Assembly (NCBI GenBank): GCA_963674965.2
Contig: CAXXFL010000006.1
Location: 1,185,511 to 1,249,510 of the forward strand
Reading direction: 5' to 3'
Origin: a bacterium
Lineage (GTDB): Bacteria > RBG-13-61-14 > DATKZS01
Length of the DNA stretch: 64,000 nt
The position numbers and the translations under genes are program-made. The notes under the pieces were generated by a model. That model saw only the letters and a list, made by a program, of their open reading frames with translations. It was not told where the DNA came from and did no database searches. Of the stretch, positions 1-8,875 are shown piece by piece (the first letter of the stretch is position 1; each line of letters starts with the position of its first letter).

Positions 1-75
1 AAGAAGAAGGAAAAGAACAATCAGTGGAATAAAGCTGAAGGTGAGGCGTTTTATCTTCGTTAACTTGTTTTTCAT
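1..75 (-). CDS. N-terminal fragment of a membrane-anchored or exported protein (runs off the window start)
   Basis: Manual translation from ATG at 75 (alternative 81): MKNKLTKIKRLTFSFIPLIVLFLLL..., a basic n-region plus hydrophobic stretch, divergent from the GH2 gene. Only 25 codons are visible. Confidence 0.5.
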   Translation of the reverse strand, partial: MKNKLTKIKRLTFSFIPLIVLFLLL

Positions 76-263
76 TTTCATTCACGTCGCGCCTTTTTGC
101 TCGAGGCAACCCGTAAGATTCCGTCATGGAATAATTGCCTTAATTATATAGGTTTTTTCGGTTCCTGCAAGATATTAATCCGCTATTTATGAGAAGCAAA
201 GTTTACTCCTGACGTACCATGTGTAAAAATATTCAAATGATCGCGAAGGGAGGGATAATTTAA

Positions 264-2303
264 ATGAGGCGAAGGTTTGAGTTCGGATATAAGACTTTGT
301 TTTTTTGTCTGTTTTGTGTTTTTTTGTCTGGACCAAGCGCCCCCGCCGCCGGGGACGGCGCGGCAAGGTCGGTCGAGAAAATAAGCGCCGGGTGGGAGTT
401 CGCCGAGTACGAGGACGGCAAGGCGGGCAAGTGGGAGAAGGTGGACGTGCCTCATACGTGGAACGCCCACGACACCATTGACGGCGACTTCACCTATCGC
501 ATGGGACAGGGCCTTTACAAAAAAGACCTTGAAATTGACCTCGATTCGGACCAGCGCTATTTCCTGCGCTTCGAGGGAGTGAACGAGAAGGCCCGGGTCT
601 GGGTCAACAGCTCGGAGGTCGGTTCCCACAAGGGAGGCTACACGGCCTTTGCCTTCGAGATAACCGACCTTGTAAAGGACGGCTCGAACCATATCGAGGT
701 CCTGGCGGACAACTCCTTTGACCGCGAGATCATGCCCCTTTATTGCGACTTCAACTTCTACGGCGGCGTCTATCGCGACGTGCACCTGATATCGACGGGC
801 CGCGACTTAATCGCGGTCACGGACCACGCCTCGCCGGGAGTATACGTCTCGCAAAAGGAGGTGTCCCGCGAAAGGGCCGACCTCGAGTTCATGGCCCGCG
901 TTTCCTCCGACTCCGGTGACTTGAAGCTCCGCTTCAGCGTCATCGACGGGGAGGGACGGACCCTCGATACGGCCGAGACGGACCTCGAGCGCGCGGGCGA
1001 GTGGCTCGAGGGGGTGGCCTCGTTGTCCATCAAGTCGCCCCGGCTCTGGAACGGCGTCTCCGATCCCTATCTTTACCTGGCGCGGGCCGAGCTTGTGTCC
1101 GGCGGGCAGGTGGTTGACGCGGTGGACCAGCCCCTGGGCCTTCGGTTTTTCCACGTGGACCCTGACCAAGGCTTTTTCTTGAACGGAGAGAAGTACCGCG
1201 TCAAGGGGGTGAACCGCCACCAGGACCGGGAGGGCAAAGGGAACGCCATCAGCCGGGAGGACCATGAGGAGGACTTCGCGCTGATACGCGAGATGGGCGC
1301 CAACGCCGTCAGGCTGGCCCATTATCCTCAGGCCGACTACGCCTACTCGATATGCGACCGGGAGGGCATCCTGGTATGGGCCGAGCTTCCCTTTATCGGG
1401 ATGACCGGCGACGTGACCGGCGTGTTCCTCGACTCTCCCGCCTTTCGCGAAAACCTGAAAACGCAGCTGACCGAGTTGATCCGGCAAAACTACAACCATC
1501 CCTCCATTCTTTTCTGGGGCCTTTTCAACGAGTTGTCTCCGCCGGGAGACCCCTACCAGCTTATTGGCGAACTGAACGGCCTGGCCCACGAGGAGGACCC
1601 CTACCGCCTCACCACGGCGGCGACCTTCAGGAAGGCCGCCTTCAACGACGTGACCGACCTCATCTGCTGGAACAAGTACTTCGGATGGTATTACAACCGG
1701 CCCGGCAAGTTCGCCTCCTGGATCGACGAGGAGCGCGAAGAGCATCCCGACCGCCTCTTGTGCATGAGCGAGTACGGCGCGGGCGGCAGCGTAAAGCAGC
1801 ACTCGGAGATGGATTATCCCGTTTTCGCCTTCGGTCCGTGGCACCCGGAGAACTGGCAGGCCAGGGTCCACGAGAGGCACTGGGAGATGATATCCGAGCG
1901 CGAGTATCTGTGGGGTTCCTTTTTATGGAACATGTTCGACTTCAGCGTGGTATCGAGGCGGGAAGGCGACCGGCCCAACATCAACGACAAGGGCATGGTG
2001 ACCTTCGACCGCAAGGAGAAAAAGGACGTCTTTTATTTTTACAAGGCCAACTGGAGCGACGAGCCGGTGGTGCATATCACGGACAAGCGCTTCAAGTATC
2101 GCGCTCCCTTCATCGAGGTCAAGGTGTACTCGAACCTTACCGACCTGACGCTCGAGATAAACGGGAAACCCGTCGAGATGGACTCGCGGGGATACGGGGT
2201 TTACATTGCTAAAAACGTCTGGCTGGCGCCGGGAACGAACCGGGTCGTGGCCTCGGGAAAGAAGGTGGACGGGCGGATAATGATCGACGAGTGCGAATGG
2301 TAG
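264..2303 (+). CDS. Glycoside hydrolase family 2 (beta-galactosidase/beta-glucuronidase-like), signal peptide
   Basis: GH2 motifs HKGGYTAF, GVNRHQD, GANAVRLAHYPQ, NHPSILFWGLFNE (acid/base) and MSEYG (nucleophile); AGGGAGG RBS; N-terminal signal peptide. Confidence 0.93.
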   Translation: MRRRFEFGYKTLFFCLFCVFLSGPSAPAAGDGAARSVEKISAGWEFAEYEDGKAGKWEKVDVPHTWNAHDTIDGDFTYRMGQGLYKKDLEIDLDSDQRYFLRFEGVNEKARVWVNSSEVGSHKGGYTAFAFEITDLVKDGSNHIEVLADNSFDREIMPLYCDFNFYGGVYRDVHLISTGRDLIAVTDHASPGVYVSQKEVSRERADLEFMARVSSDSGDLKLRFSVIDGEGRTLDTAETDLERAGEWLEGVASLSIKSPRLWNGVSDPYLYLARAELVSGGQVVDAVDQPLGLRFFHVDPDQGFFLNGEKYRVKGVNRHQDREGKGNAISREDHEEDFALIREMGANAVRLAHYPQADYAYSICDREGILVWAELPFIGMTGDVTGVFLDSPAFRENLKTQLTELIRQNYNHPSILFWGLFNELSPPGDPYQLIGELNGLAHEEDPYRLTTAATFRKAAFNDVTDLICWNKYFGWYYNRPGKFASWIDEEREEHPDRLLCMSEYGAGGSVKQHSEMDYPVFAFGPWHPENWQARVHERHWEMISEREYLWGSFLWNMFDFSVVSRREGDRPNINDKGMVTFDRKEKKDVFYFYKANWSDEPVVHITDKRFKYRAPFIEVKVYSNLTDLTLEINGKPVEMDSRGYGVYIAKNVWLAPGTNRVVASGKKVDGRIMIDECEW

Positions 2304-2324
2304 CGGAAACTTCCAGGCGGGGTC

Positions 2325-3089
2325 TCAATATGGCCTGATGATTACGCGGGTCCCTTCCTCGACGAACTCGAGGTTCAGCCACATGGCGTCGTCCTTGAAG
2401 AGGCGGACGCACCCGTGGGAGGCGTGGCGGCCGGGCAAGGGACCGCCGTGAAAGGCGAAGCCGTCGCCGAAATACATACAATAGGGCATGGGCGAGCAGC
2501 CCGAGCCGGTGCATCCGGCCGGGTACTTTCTCGACCGGCATCCGGCGCCGCGCTTGCCCACGATCCGGTACTCGCCGGCGGGGGTCTCGAGGCCCGGCCT
2601 GCCGCCCACCGCCGGTCCCCACTTAACCAGCCGTCCCTGCTCGTCATAGGCCGCGAAGGCGTAAAGCCTGGGGTCGAATATGACCACCTTCTCCCAGAAG
2701 GGTTTTACCCGGTCGGGAAAGGGCGAGAAGTCCATCAGGTCCTTGCCCTTCATCTCCACGGGCACCGCCACCCGATAACCCGACTGGAGCCTAACGTTCA
2801 TGCGGTTGATCTTTTTAATCGTCTCCCGCTCCCGCTCCTCCGGGAAAAGGGACTCCCAGGTGGGAGGACCGAAGCTTTTTATTTGGCGCGTGCCCGACTT
2901 GGTCTCGATCTCGCTGGTAATGGTGGTAGTCCTCACCACGACGCACCGGAAGGCACGGTCGCGCTCGCAAAGCTCGGCCCCATACTGGCCCACGTAGCCG
3001 GCGGCGGCCAAGCCCCCCACCAGGAAAAGCGCCGCGGCGAGAAAAAGCGGAGTGAATTTGGATGGACGAAAAAAGGGTTTCCACGTCAT
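2325..3089 (-). CDS. L,D-transpeptidase (YkuD family), exported
   Basis: TPAGEYRI and FHGG...ASHGCVRL catalytic His/Cys motif; hydrophobic N-terminus. Start taken at MTWKPFF; the ORF track extends to 3131. Confidence 0.88.
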   Translation of the reverse strand: MTWKPFFRPSKFTPLFLAAALFLVGGLAAAGYVGQYGAELCERDRAFRCVVVRTTTITSEIETKSGTRQIKSFGPPTWESLFPEERERETIKKINRMNVRLQSGYRVAVPVEMKGKDLMDFSPFPDRVKPFWEKVVIFDPRLYAFAAYDEQGRLVKWGPAVGGRPGLETPAGEYRIVGKRGAGCRSRKYPAGCTGSGCSPMPYCMYFGDGFAFHGGPLPGRHASHGCVRLFKDDAMWLNLEFVEEGTRVIIRPY

Positions 3090-3336
3090 CTTGCACCACC
3101 TTGCCGGAAAGCCCCGGCCGGATACGGTCAACTAAAAACCTTACCCTCTCAGTATTATTGTATTTGGACGAGAAGCGTCTGTCAAAGCGGGGCGTAATAA
3201 CCGGGGCGCAAAAGCCGCGTCTTTTCTTCATTTTGCTTGACAGACATATTGGGATTGTATAGATAATAGAGGAGGCCGCGTTCGACCGAACGGTAAAAAT
3301 CAGCGGCGCCAGGGGACGCCGATCAAGGAGGAAAAC

Positions 3337-4251
3337 ATGGGCGTACTGGAAGGAAAGGTGGCGGTAATCACGGGAGCGGGAAGGGGCATCGGAAAGGAGA
3401 TCGCCCTTCTCATGGCCCGCGAGGGGGCCTCCGTGGTGGTGAACGACCCCGGCGTTTCGGGCTCGGGCGAGGGCGGCGACGTCAAGATAGCCGACGAGGT
3501 GGCCGAGGAGATACGCGGCAAGGGCGGCAAGGCCGCTGCCAACCACGACTCGGTGGCCTCCTGGGAGGGCGGACAAAACATCGTGGCTACCGCCATAAAG
3601 GAGTTCGGAAGGATAGACGCGGTCGTTAACAACGCGGGCATCCTCCGCGACAGGATTTTATTCAAGATGAGCGACGAGGAATGGGACCCCGTGATCAAGA
3701 CCCACCTGTACGGCGCCTTCTACACGTCACGCGCCGCCTCGCCCCATTTCAGGGAACAAAAATCGGGACGGCTCATCCACTTTACTTCCACGGCCGGGCT
3801 GATCGGAAACGTGGGACAGGCAAACTACGCCGCCGCCAAGCTGGGCATAGTGGGACTCTCCCGAATCTGCGCGCTCGACCTGGCGCGATACAACGTCACC
3901 TCCAACTGCATCGCGCCCTTCGCCTTTACCCGCATGATCGCCTCCATACCCACGGACGACCCCGAGCAGGAGGCCAAGGTCGCCAAAATCAAAAAGATGT
4001 CGCCCGCCGACATAGCGCCCCTGGCCGTTTTCCTCGCCTCCGACGCGGCCCAAAACGTGACCAGCCAGGTCTTCGGCGTCCGGGGCAAGGAGATATTCCT
4101 CTTCTCCCAGCCCCGCATCCTGCGCTCGATCCATGACTCCCAGGGATGGACCGTGGAAAAATTAACCGAGACCCTCGAACAAACCATGTCCAGCCACTTC
4201 CACCCCCTGGACTACTCGGGCAAATACATTTCCTGGGACCCGCTGGTATAG
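3337..4251 (+). CDS. Short-chain dehydrogenase/reductase (3-hydroxyacyl-CoA dehydrogenase-like SDR)
   Basis: TGAGRGIG, NNAGILRD and GQANYAAAK (YxxxK); AGGAGG RBS. Confidence 0.92.
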   Translation: MGVLEGKVAVITGAGRGIGKEIALLMAREGASVVVNDPGVSGSGEGGDVKIADEVAEEIRGKGGKAAANHDSVASWEGGQNIVATAIKEFGRIDAVVNNAGILRDRILFKMSDEEWDPVIKTHLYGAFYTSRAASPHFREQKSGRLIHFTSTAGLIGNVGQANYAAAKLGIVGLSRICALDLARYNVTSNCIAPFAFTRMIASIPTDDPEQEAKVAKIKKMSPADIAPLAVFLASDAAQNVTSQVFGVRGKEIFLFSQPRILRSIHDSQGWTVEKLTETLEQTMSSHFHPLDYSGKYISWDPLV

Positions 4252-4291
4252 CAATAGGGGCTGTTCCATTATTGACATACGCGGGTGGCGT

Positions 4292-4400
4292 GGATAGCTA
4301 TCCGCCTATCCGCGCGGTGAAAGTCGTGGGATATTTATTTATGCTCCCGGTGGGCCTTCGCCCCCCTTTCCCGCGTCTTCGGCGCTCAGATAGCTATCCG
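4292..4400. promoter_or_regulatory. Repeated palindrome GATAGCTATC (two copies) next to a TTGACA box; candidate operator pair
   Basis: GGATAGCTATCC is a 12-bp perfect palindrome at 4292-4303. GATAGCTATCCG occurs at 4293-4304 and again at 4389-4400. TTGACA at 4272-4277 places the first copy over the expected -10 position. Confidence 0.4.
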
Positions 4401-4620
4401 GGCCATCCTAGTTTTGGCGTCACGGGGTGACCCGGCCGGTTTTCTTAAAACCGCCCGGGGCCGGCGGAGCCCCGGATAAGTACATCGGTACGATGGCCGA
4501 GAACGGTAAAAGACGCGGTAACGAGAAATACGCAGCCCCGTACCCATCCCGCTTCTCGGGACCCGCGCGGTTTCCACGAAACCGGACGGGTCACCCGGCG
4601 TCCCGCGGCTTTCACGCGAT
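4311..4620 (+). ncRNA. Candidate structured RNA or palindromic element (~310 nt), family unknown
   Basis: 4317-4332 pairs with 4600-4615 (16 bp, all three deviations G.U on the + strand). 4425-4442 pairs with 4579-4596 (one mismatch). Several internal hairpins; no credible CDS. Confidence 0.35.
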
Positions 4621-4900
4621 GACGGCATGGCGATCCATGTCAGGCCCCGGTGGCGTCGCGTCTTATATTTGGTTTGACGTTAACGGCATTCGAGGTTTAT
4701 GGACTGGTATCTATCGAGGGCGATCTCGTCCGAGTCCGACGGGAGTTGGCATTTGCTTTTTCCCCCCAACTTGGGCGTAAGCCGCAGGCTATGTTCCCCT
4801 CGCCATGGGGACTCCTCCCACTCAGCTTGCAGTCTCGATCTTCACGCCGGAACACATATCCAACTTCGCTGGGTGGCGCGTCGGTTTTGGAAAAACCGCC
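4425..4900. repeat. Three copies of a ~30-bp REP-like motif GGGTGrC..CGGTTT(N)AAACCGC
   Basis: Copies at 4425-4455 (+), 4566-4596 (-) and 4871-4900 (+). Each keeps the CGGTTT/AAACCG hairpin with a different loop. Confidence 0.5.
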
Positions 4901-5088
4901 GCCTGGGGGGACGGATTAATACGCCGCCCGGCGGGCCAACTTTTTCGCTCTGAAAGAGCAAGATATCCCAGCCCGGGATCAGACCGCGAAGCGGGCCGCC
5001 ACCCCGGGTTAGGAAGATTAGGATTTTTCAATCCCTGCAAGCGATGGAGGAATGGTGTATAGTGGTCGCCAAATGAGATATCTAATAA

Positions 5089-5178
5089 ATGAAGGATGCC
5101 GCGATCGGGCAACCCGATCAGATAAGACAGGCCCTTAAGATCATCGAGAAATACAGCCTTGAGCTGGTGGAGGAATAA
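5089..5178 (+). pseudogene. hicA: C-terminal remnant of a HicA-type toxin
   Basis: Manual translation MKDAAIGQPDQIRQALKIIEKYSLELVEE* resembles the HicA C-terminal helix (KPYQIRQxLxxIExYxL). Its stop overlaps the hicB start (TAATG). The catalytic GSH region is absent. Confidence 0.55.
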
Positions 5179-5396
5179 TGAAGGACTACCACATCAACAT
5201 CTTTTACTCCAGCGAGGACAAGGGATACATCGCGGACATTCCCGACCTCGAGGCCCGCGGCGCTTTTGGCGAAACGCCTCAGGCCGCCTTGGCCGAGGTG
5301 GAAAAAGCCAGAAAGGCGTGGCTGGCGGCGGCTAAGAAATCGGACAAGCCCATCCCCAGGCCCAGATACAAAATCGTTATATACCAGGCCGCGTGA
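5178..5396 (+). CDS. hicB: HicB family antitoxin (short, no DNA-binding domain)
   Basis: YHINIFYSSEDKGYIADIPDL...AFGETPQAAL...WL...PIPRP HicB-like signature; GGAGG RBS. Confidence 0.85.
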   Translation: MKDYHINIFYSSEDKGYIADIPDLEARGAFGETPQAALAEVEKARKAWLAAAKKSDKPIPRPRYKIVIYQAA

Positions 5397-5516
5397 AGAG
5401 GGCGGAAGTTCTTTTACGCCCAAGGTTAATGGGGGCGATGGCGGGGCGCATCGGTTATAGTATTGGATGGGCCCGACGGGAAGTATCGCGAAAAACCCTA
5501 AAAGGAGAAAATAATC

Positions 5517-6062
5517 ATGTACCATGAATTTTCCAAAAGAAGAAAACCCATCGGCGTTTTGATGATCGAGCACCGTCTTATCGAGCGGGCGCTAGCCGCC
5601 CTGAAGTCGAAAATTTCACCCGCCGGTGGTCCCGACGTACTTTCACTGGCGGAGTTGATCGATTTTTTCGGTACCTACGCGGACGCGACGCACCACGGCA
5701 AGGAGGAGGACATATTATTCGTGGCCGCCGATCAAATGAGCCTCTCCGACGAGCTCGAGAAAATCCTGGCCGAGCTCCGCGAGGACCACGTGAAATTTCG
5801 AGGGTTCCGGCGGGCCATGGCCGAGGCTAACCGGAGAATCGCGGATGGGGACGCCGGAGCGTTCCAGGATATAATCCTGACGGCCAGGGAGTTCATTCCC
5901 ATGCTAAGGTCGCACATCCTCAAGGAGGACAAAATATTTTTCCCCGGTTTCGACGGACTGCAAAGCGCCGAGGACCGGGAGACCATGAAAAATAGCTTCA
6001 TGGAGTTCGACATGGAGATGGTGCATGAGACCTATCAGTCCGTGGTGGACAGAAACGAGTAA
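5517..6062 (+). CDS. Hemerythrin (HHE) domain protein
   Basis: EH...HHGKEE...DH...HILKED di-iron motif pattern; AGGAG RBS. Confidence 0.85.
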   Translation: MYHEFSKRRKPIGVLMIEHRLIERALAALKSKISPAGGPDVLSLAELIDFFGTYADATHHGKEEDILFVAADQMSLSDELEKILAELREDHVKFRGFRRAMAEANRRIADGDAGAFQDIILTAREFIPMLRSHILKEDKIFFPGFDGLQSAEDRETMKNSFMEFDMEMVHETYQSVVDRNE

Positions 6063-6197
6063 CGGCCAGGGGACCCTCCATCAAACAAAATGGACTTGGC
6101 GGGCAAGGGAGTTTAAAATCTAATAAAGCCATTCGGCCTACGCGGGCAGCCTCGCGGGCCGTCCCGGCCGTCCATATGGACGCCGTCCGGAATATCC

Positions 6198-8123
6198 ATG
6201 GAAGAAGAAAAACAAAGCGGCGCCGCCTGGCCTCTTCACCTGGGCCTGGCCCTTTTGCTGGCGCTTCAACTGGCGCTTACGGCCCTGTCCTTTAACTCGA
6301 TCGACGACCTTACGAATTCTGACCCCGTCCTCAACGTGGATTGGACCTCCCAGTACTACTGGGCCTTTGCCGCCAGAAAATTCAACGAGCTCGACTCGAG
6401 GATGTGGGGATACGACCCCAACTTCATGGCCGGGTATCCCTTGAGCTTCGTGTTCAACTCCGCCCTGCCCGTGCAGATGGCCGCGGTTTTTTTTGGGTCC
6501 TTCAACCTGGCCCGCGTGATCAAGGCCGTTTACGTGATCAGCTTCGCCCTGGTTCCCTTCACGCTTTACTTTTCCATACGACAGTTCGGGATTGGCCGGG
6601 CGGCGTCGCTGGCGGCCTGCGCCCTGGGGGTGGTCTATTTCTGGGCGGCCGAGAACGCCTGGTTCGGGCACATGGGCATGATCTCCGGGGCCTTTATGCT
6701 TCACTTTTATCTCGTTCCTCTTTCATTGTTCATCAGGTTCCTCCGGTCTCGCGACAACCGGGGGTTCACGCTGTTGTTCTTCGCCTTCATAATCGCGTTT
6801 ACCATCCACAAGACGGCCTTTACTTTGGTCCTGCCCGTGGGCCTCGTCTGGTTCGTCTATTATTCGCCCACCCTGGCCAAGCGCGAATGGGGCATGATTT
6901 TAGCCCTCTTCCTCTTCGCGCTTCTTTTCAACATGCACTGGCTTTATCCGTTCTTCAAGTATCTTGGTCTCAAGGTCGAGGACCCGGCCACCACCTTTTT
7001 CCAGAACACCGACCCTTTCAGGGTGATCGCGGACCTTCTGCCCATCCCTCCCTGGCAGCCCTTCCCCGGGGCCGCCGTCGCCAGGCTTCTTATCGTGGCC
7101 CTCGGGGCCCTGGGCCTGTGGAGGGCGCGCGAGGAGGGGACCATTCCCTTCTCGCCCCTGGTCTTCGCCCTCGCCATGCTCGGGGCTTTCTCCTATTTCG
7201 GGTCTTTGGCTCCGAGCCTGAGACACCTTCAGCCTTACAGGCACTCGGTCGCCTATTTTTATTTATGGCTTCCCGCCGCGGCGGTGGGCTTTTCCTTTTT
7301 ACAAAAAAAGCTCGGGGGGCTTGATCGGTCATCCGTTCCAACTTGGCTCTCGCCGCTGACCCTCATCCCGGCGCCGGCCAGACTTGCCGCGCCCTTCGCC
7401 CTCATCCTGGGAGCCACGCTCTTTGTCATTCCCAACTTCACGCTCTTCGCCCGCGTGGCGCCGCTCACGACGAAAATGGACAAGGACTGCCGCGCCGCCC
7501 TGCAATGGATCGAGACGCGAACCGCGGACGACTCGAGGATACTGATCGAGGACATTAACGCCTGGCCCGGCGAGCGTGGAAAAACAATATACGGCGGGGC
7601 CCGTTTCGTACAGATTCTTCCCCTCCTGGCGGACAGGGAACTGATCGGCGGGCCCCTGCCCAACGCCTTTATCAAGCATCATCACGCGGGATTTCACGAC
7701 GGCCTTTTCCTCGGGCGCCGGATTTTCGAGTTCAGCGACGAGGAACTCGGGGCCACCCTCGACCTGTATAATATTGGATGGGTAATCTGCTGGACCGACG
7801 AGTCGAAAGAGCGTTTCGGATCATACGGCCCGGCTCAAAAAGAGGACGCCGGTTTCAGCTATCTTGAGGCCTTTAGGATCGAGCGCGAGCCGAGTTTCTT
7901 CCTCGAGGGATCGGGCAAGGTCGAGTCGAGGCTTGGCCGTATCGACCTTTCCGAGTTGATTACAAAGTCGGGCCGCGTGGTGGTATCCTATCATTGGGTG
8001 GAGGGATTGGAGAGCGACCCACCCTCCCGGCTGGTCAAGGTCGACCTGGGCGGCGATCCCGTCGGCTTCATCGGAGTCGAGGACCCGCCGCCGAAATTGA
8101 GCGTCGGCCTTCTGGCCAGGTAG
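6198..8123 (+). CDS. Polytopic membrane protein, GT-C-like (YfhO/PTPS-related membrane family)
   Basis: About 11-13 hydrophobic segments, YDPNFMAGYP loop motif and a C-terminal soluble domain; first gene of a glycosyltransferase cluster. Confidence 0.6.
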   Translation: MEEEKQSGAAWPLHLGLALLLALQLALTALSFNSIDDLTNSDPVLNVDWTSQYYWAFAARKFNELDSRMWGYDPNFMAGYPLSFVFNSALPVQMAAVFFGSFNLARVIKAVYVISFALVPFTLYFSIRQFGIGRAASLAACALGVVYFWAAENAWFGHMGMISGAFMLHFYLVPLSLFIRFLRSRDNRGFTLLFFAFIIAFTIHKTAFTLVLPVGLVWFVYYSPTLAKREWGMILALFLFALLFNMHWLYPFFKYLGLKVEDPATTFFQNTDPFRVIADLLPIPPWQPFPGAAVARLLIVALGALGLWRAREEGTIPFSPLVFALAMLGAFSYFGSLAPSLRHLQPYRHSVAYFYLWLPAAAVGFSFLQKKLGGLDRSSVPTWLSPLTLIPAPARLAAPFALILGATLFVIPNFTLFARVAPLTTKMDKDCRAALQWIETRTADDSRILIEDINAWPGERGKTIYGGARFVQILPLLADRELIGGPLPNAFIKHHHAGFHDGLFLGRRIFEFSDEELGATLDLYNIGWVICWTDESKERFGSYGPAQKEDAGFSYLEAFRIEREPSFFLEGSGKVESRLGRIDLSELITKSGRVVVSYHWVEGLESDPPSRLVKVDLGGDPVGFIGVEDPPPKLSVGLLAR

Positions 8124-8179
8124 GATTACATTATTTGAAAGGAACGCGGATATCTTCCGCGCATGGTGATAACGCTTAC

Positions 8180-8875
8180 ATGTCCGACAACGGCGCAAGT
8201 GAAAAACTCAAGGTATCGGCGGTAATTCTGGCTCGGGAGGAGGAAGAGGTAATAGGCCGGGTGGTCTCGGCCTCGGTCCCCCTCGCGGATGAGGTCCTGG
8301 TAGTGGACGGCCACTCGACGGACGACACGGTCAAGGTGGCCGAGGCGGCCGGGGCCAGGGTGGTCAAGGACAACGGCCGCGGCAAGGGCGACGGCTACAA
8401 GGTGGCCATCCAGGAGGCCCGGGGCGACGTGCTGGTTTTTCTCGACGCCGACGGCTCCCACGACCCGGTGGACATTCCCCGCATGGCGGCCCCCATCTTG
8501 GAGGACAAGCTGGACATGGTCATCGGCTCGAGATGGCGCGGCGGCTCGGAGGACGTTCATCCCAACCTGGCCCACTTCATCCGGGACGCGGGCGGCAACT
8601 TTCTCTCCATGTGCATCTCCTATCGCTTCAAAGTCGAGGTGACCGACTGCCTTAACGGCTATCGGGCCATCCGCCGGACTTCGGCCCTTGGTCTCGGCCT
8701 CGAGGCCGACGACTTCGACGTCGAGCACGAGATGGTGATGAAGGCCCTGAAGAAGGGACTGCGGGTGGGAGAGATTCCCAGCCACGAGTACGCCCGGGCC
8801 GGCGGCCACTCGAAGCTTCCCACTTTCAAGAAGGCCCATATCTTCTTCCTGCGCCTCTTCAAGGAGATGCTGTAA
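8180..8875 (+). CDS. Glycosyltransferase family 2 (DPM1-like polyprenol-phosphate sugar synthase)
   Basis: VDGHSTD, GKG, DADGSHDP (DxD), IGSR and R..G.SK motifs. Start placed at MSDNG (8180). Confidence 0.88.
   Translation: MSDNGASEKLKVSAVILAREEEEVIGRVVSASVPLADEVLVVDGHSTDDTVKVAEAAGARVVKDNGRGKGDGYKVAIQEARGDVLVFLDADGSHDPVDIPRMAAPILEDKLDMVIGSRWRGGSEDVHPNLAHFIRDAGGNFLSMCISYRFKVEVTDCLNGYRAIRRTSALGLGLEADDFDVEHEMVMKALKKGLRVGEIPSHEYARAGGHSKLPTFKKAHIFFLRLFKEML

Noticed and set aside
4311..4335. GGTGAAAGTC resembles the RNase P RNA GAGGAAAGUC motif
   Set aside because: The other universally conserved RNase P segments, including the 3' P4 strand, are not found.
4858..5014. Possible integron attC site (ATCCAAC ... 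GTTAGGA) upstream of the hicAB remnant
   Set aside because: The two boxes are poorly complementary, the span (~157 nt) is long for attC, and no integrase or cassette array is present.
4386..5112. Several 80-117 aa ORFs in the structured intergenic region
   Set aside because: Mutually overlapping, no RBS, no recognisable motifs and atypical composition.
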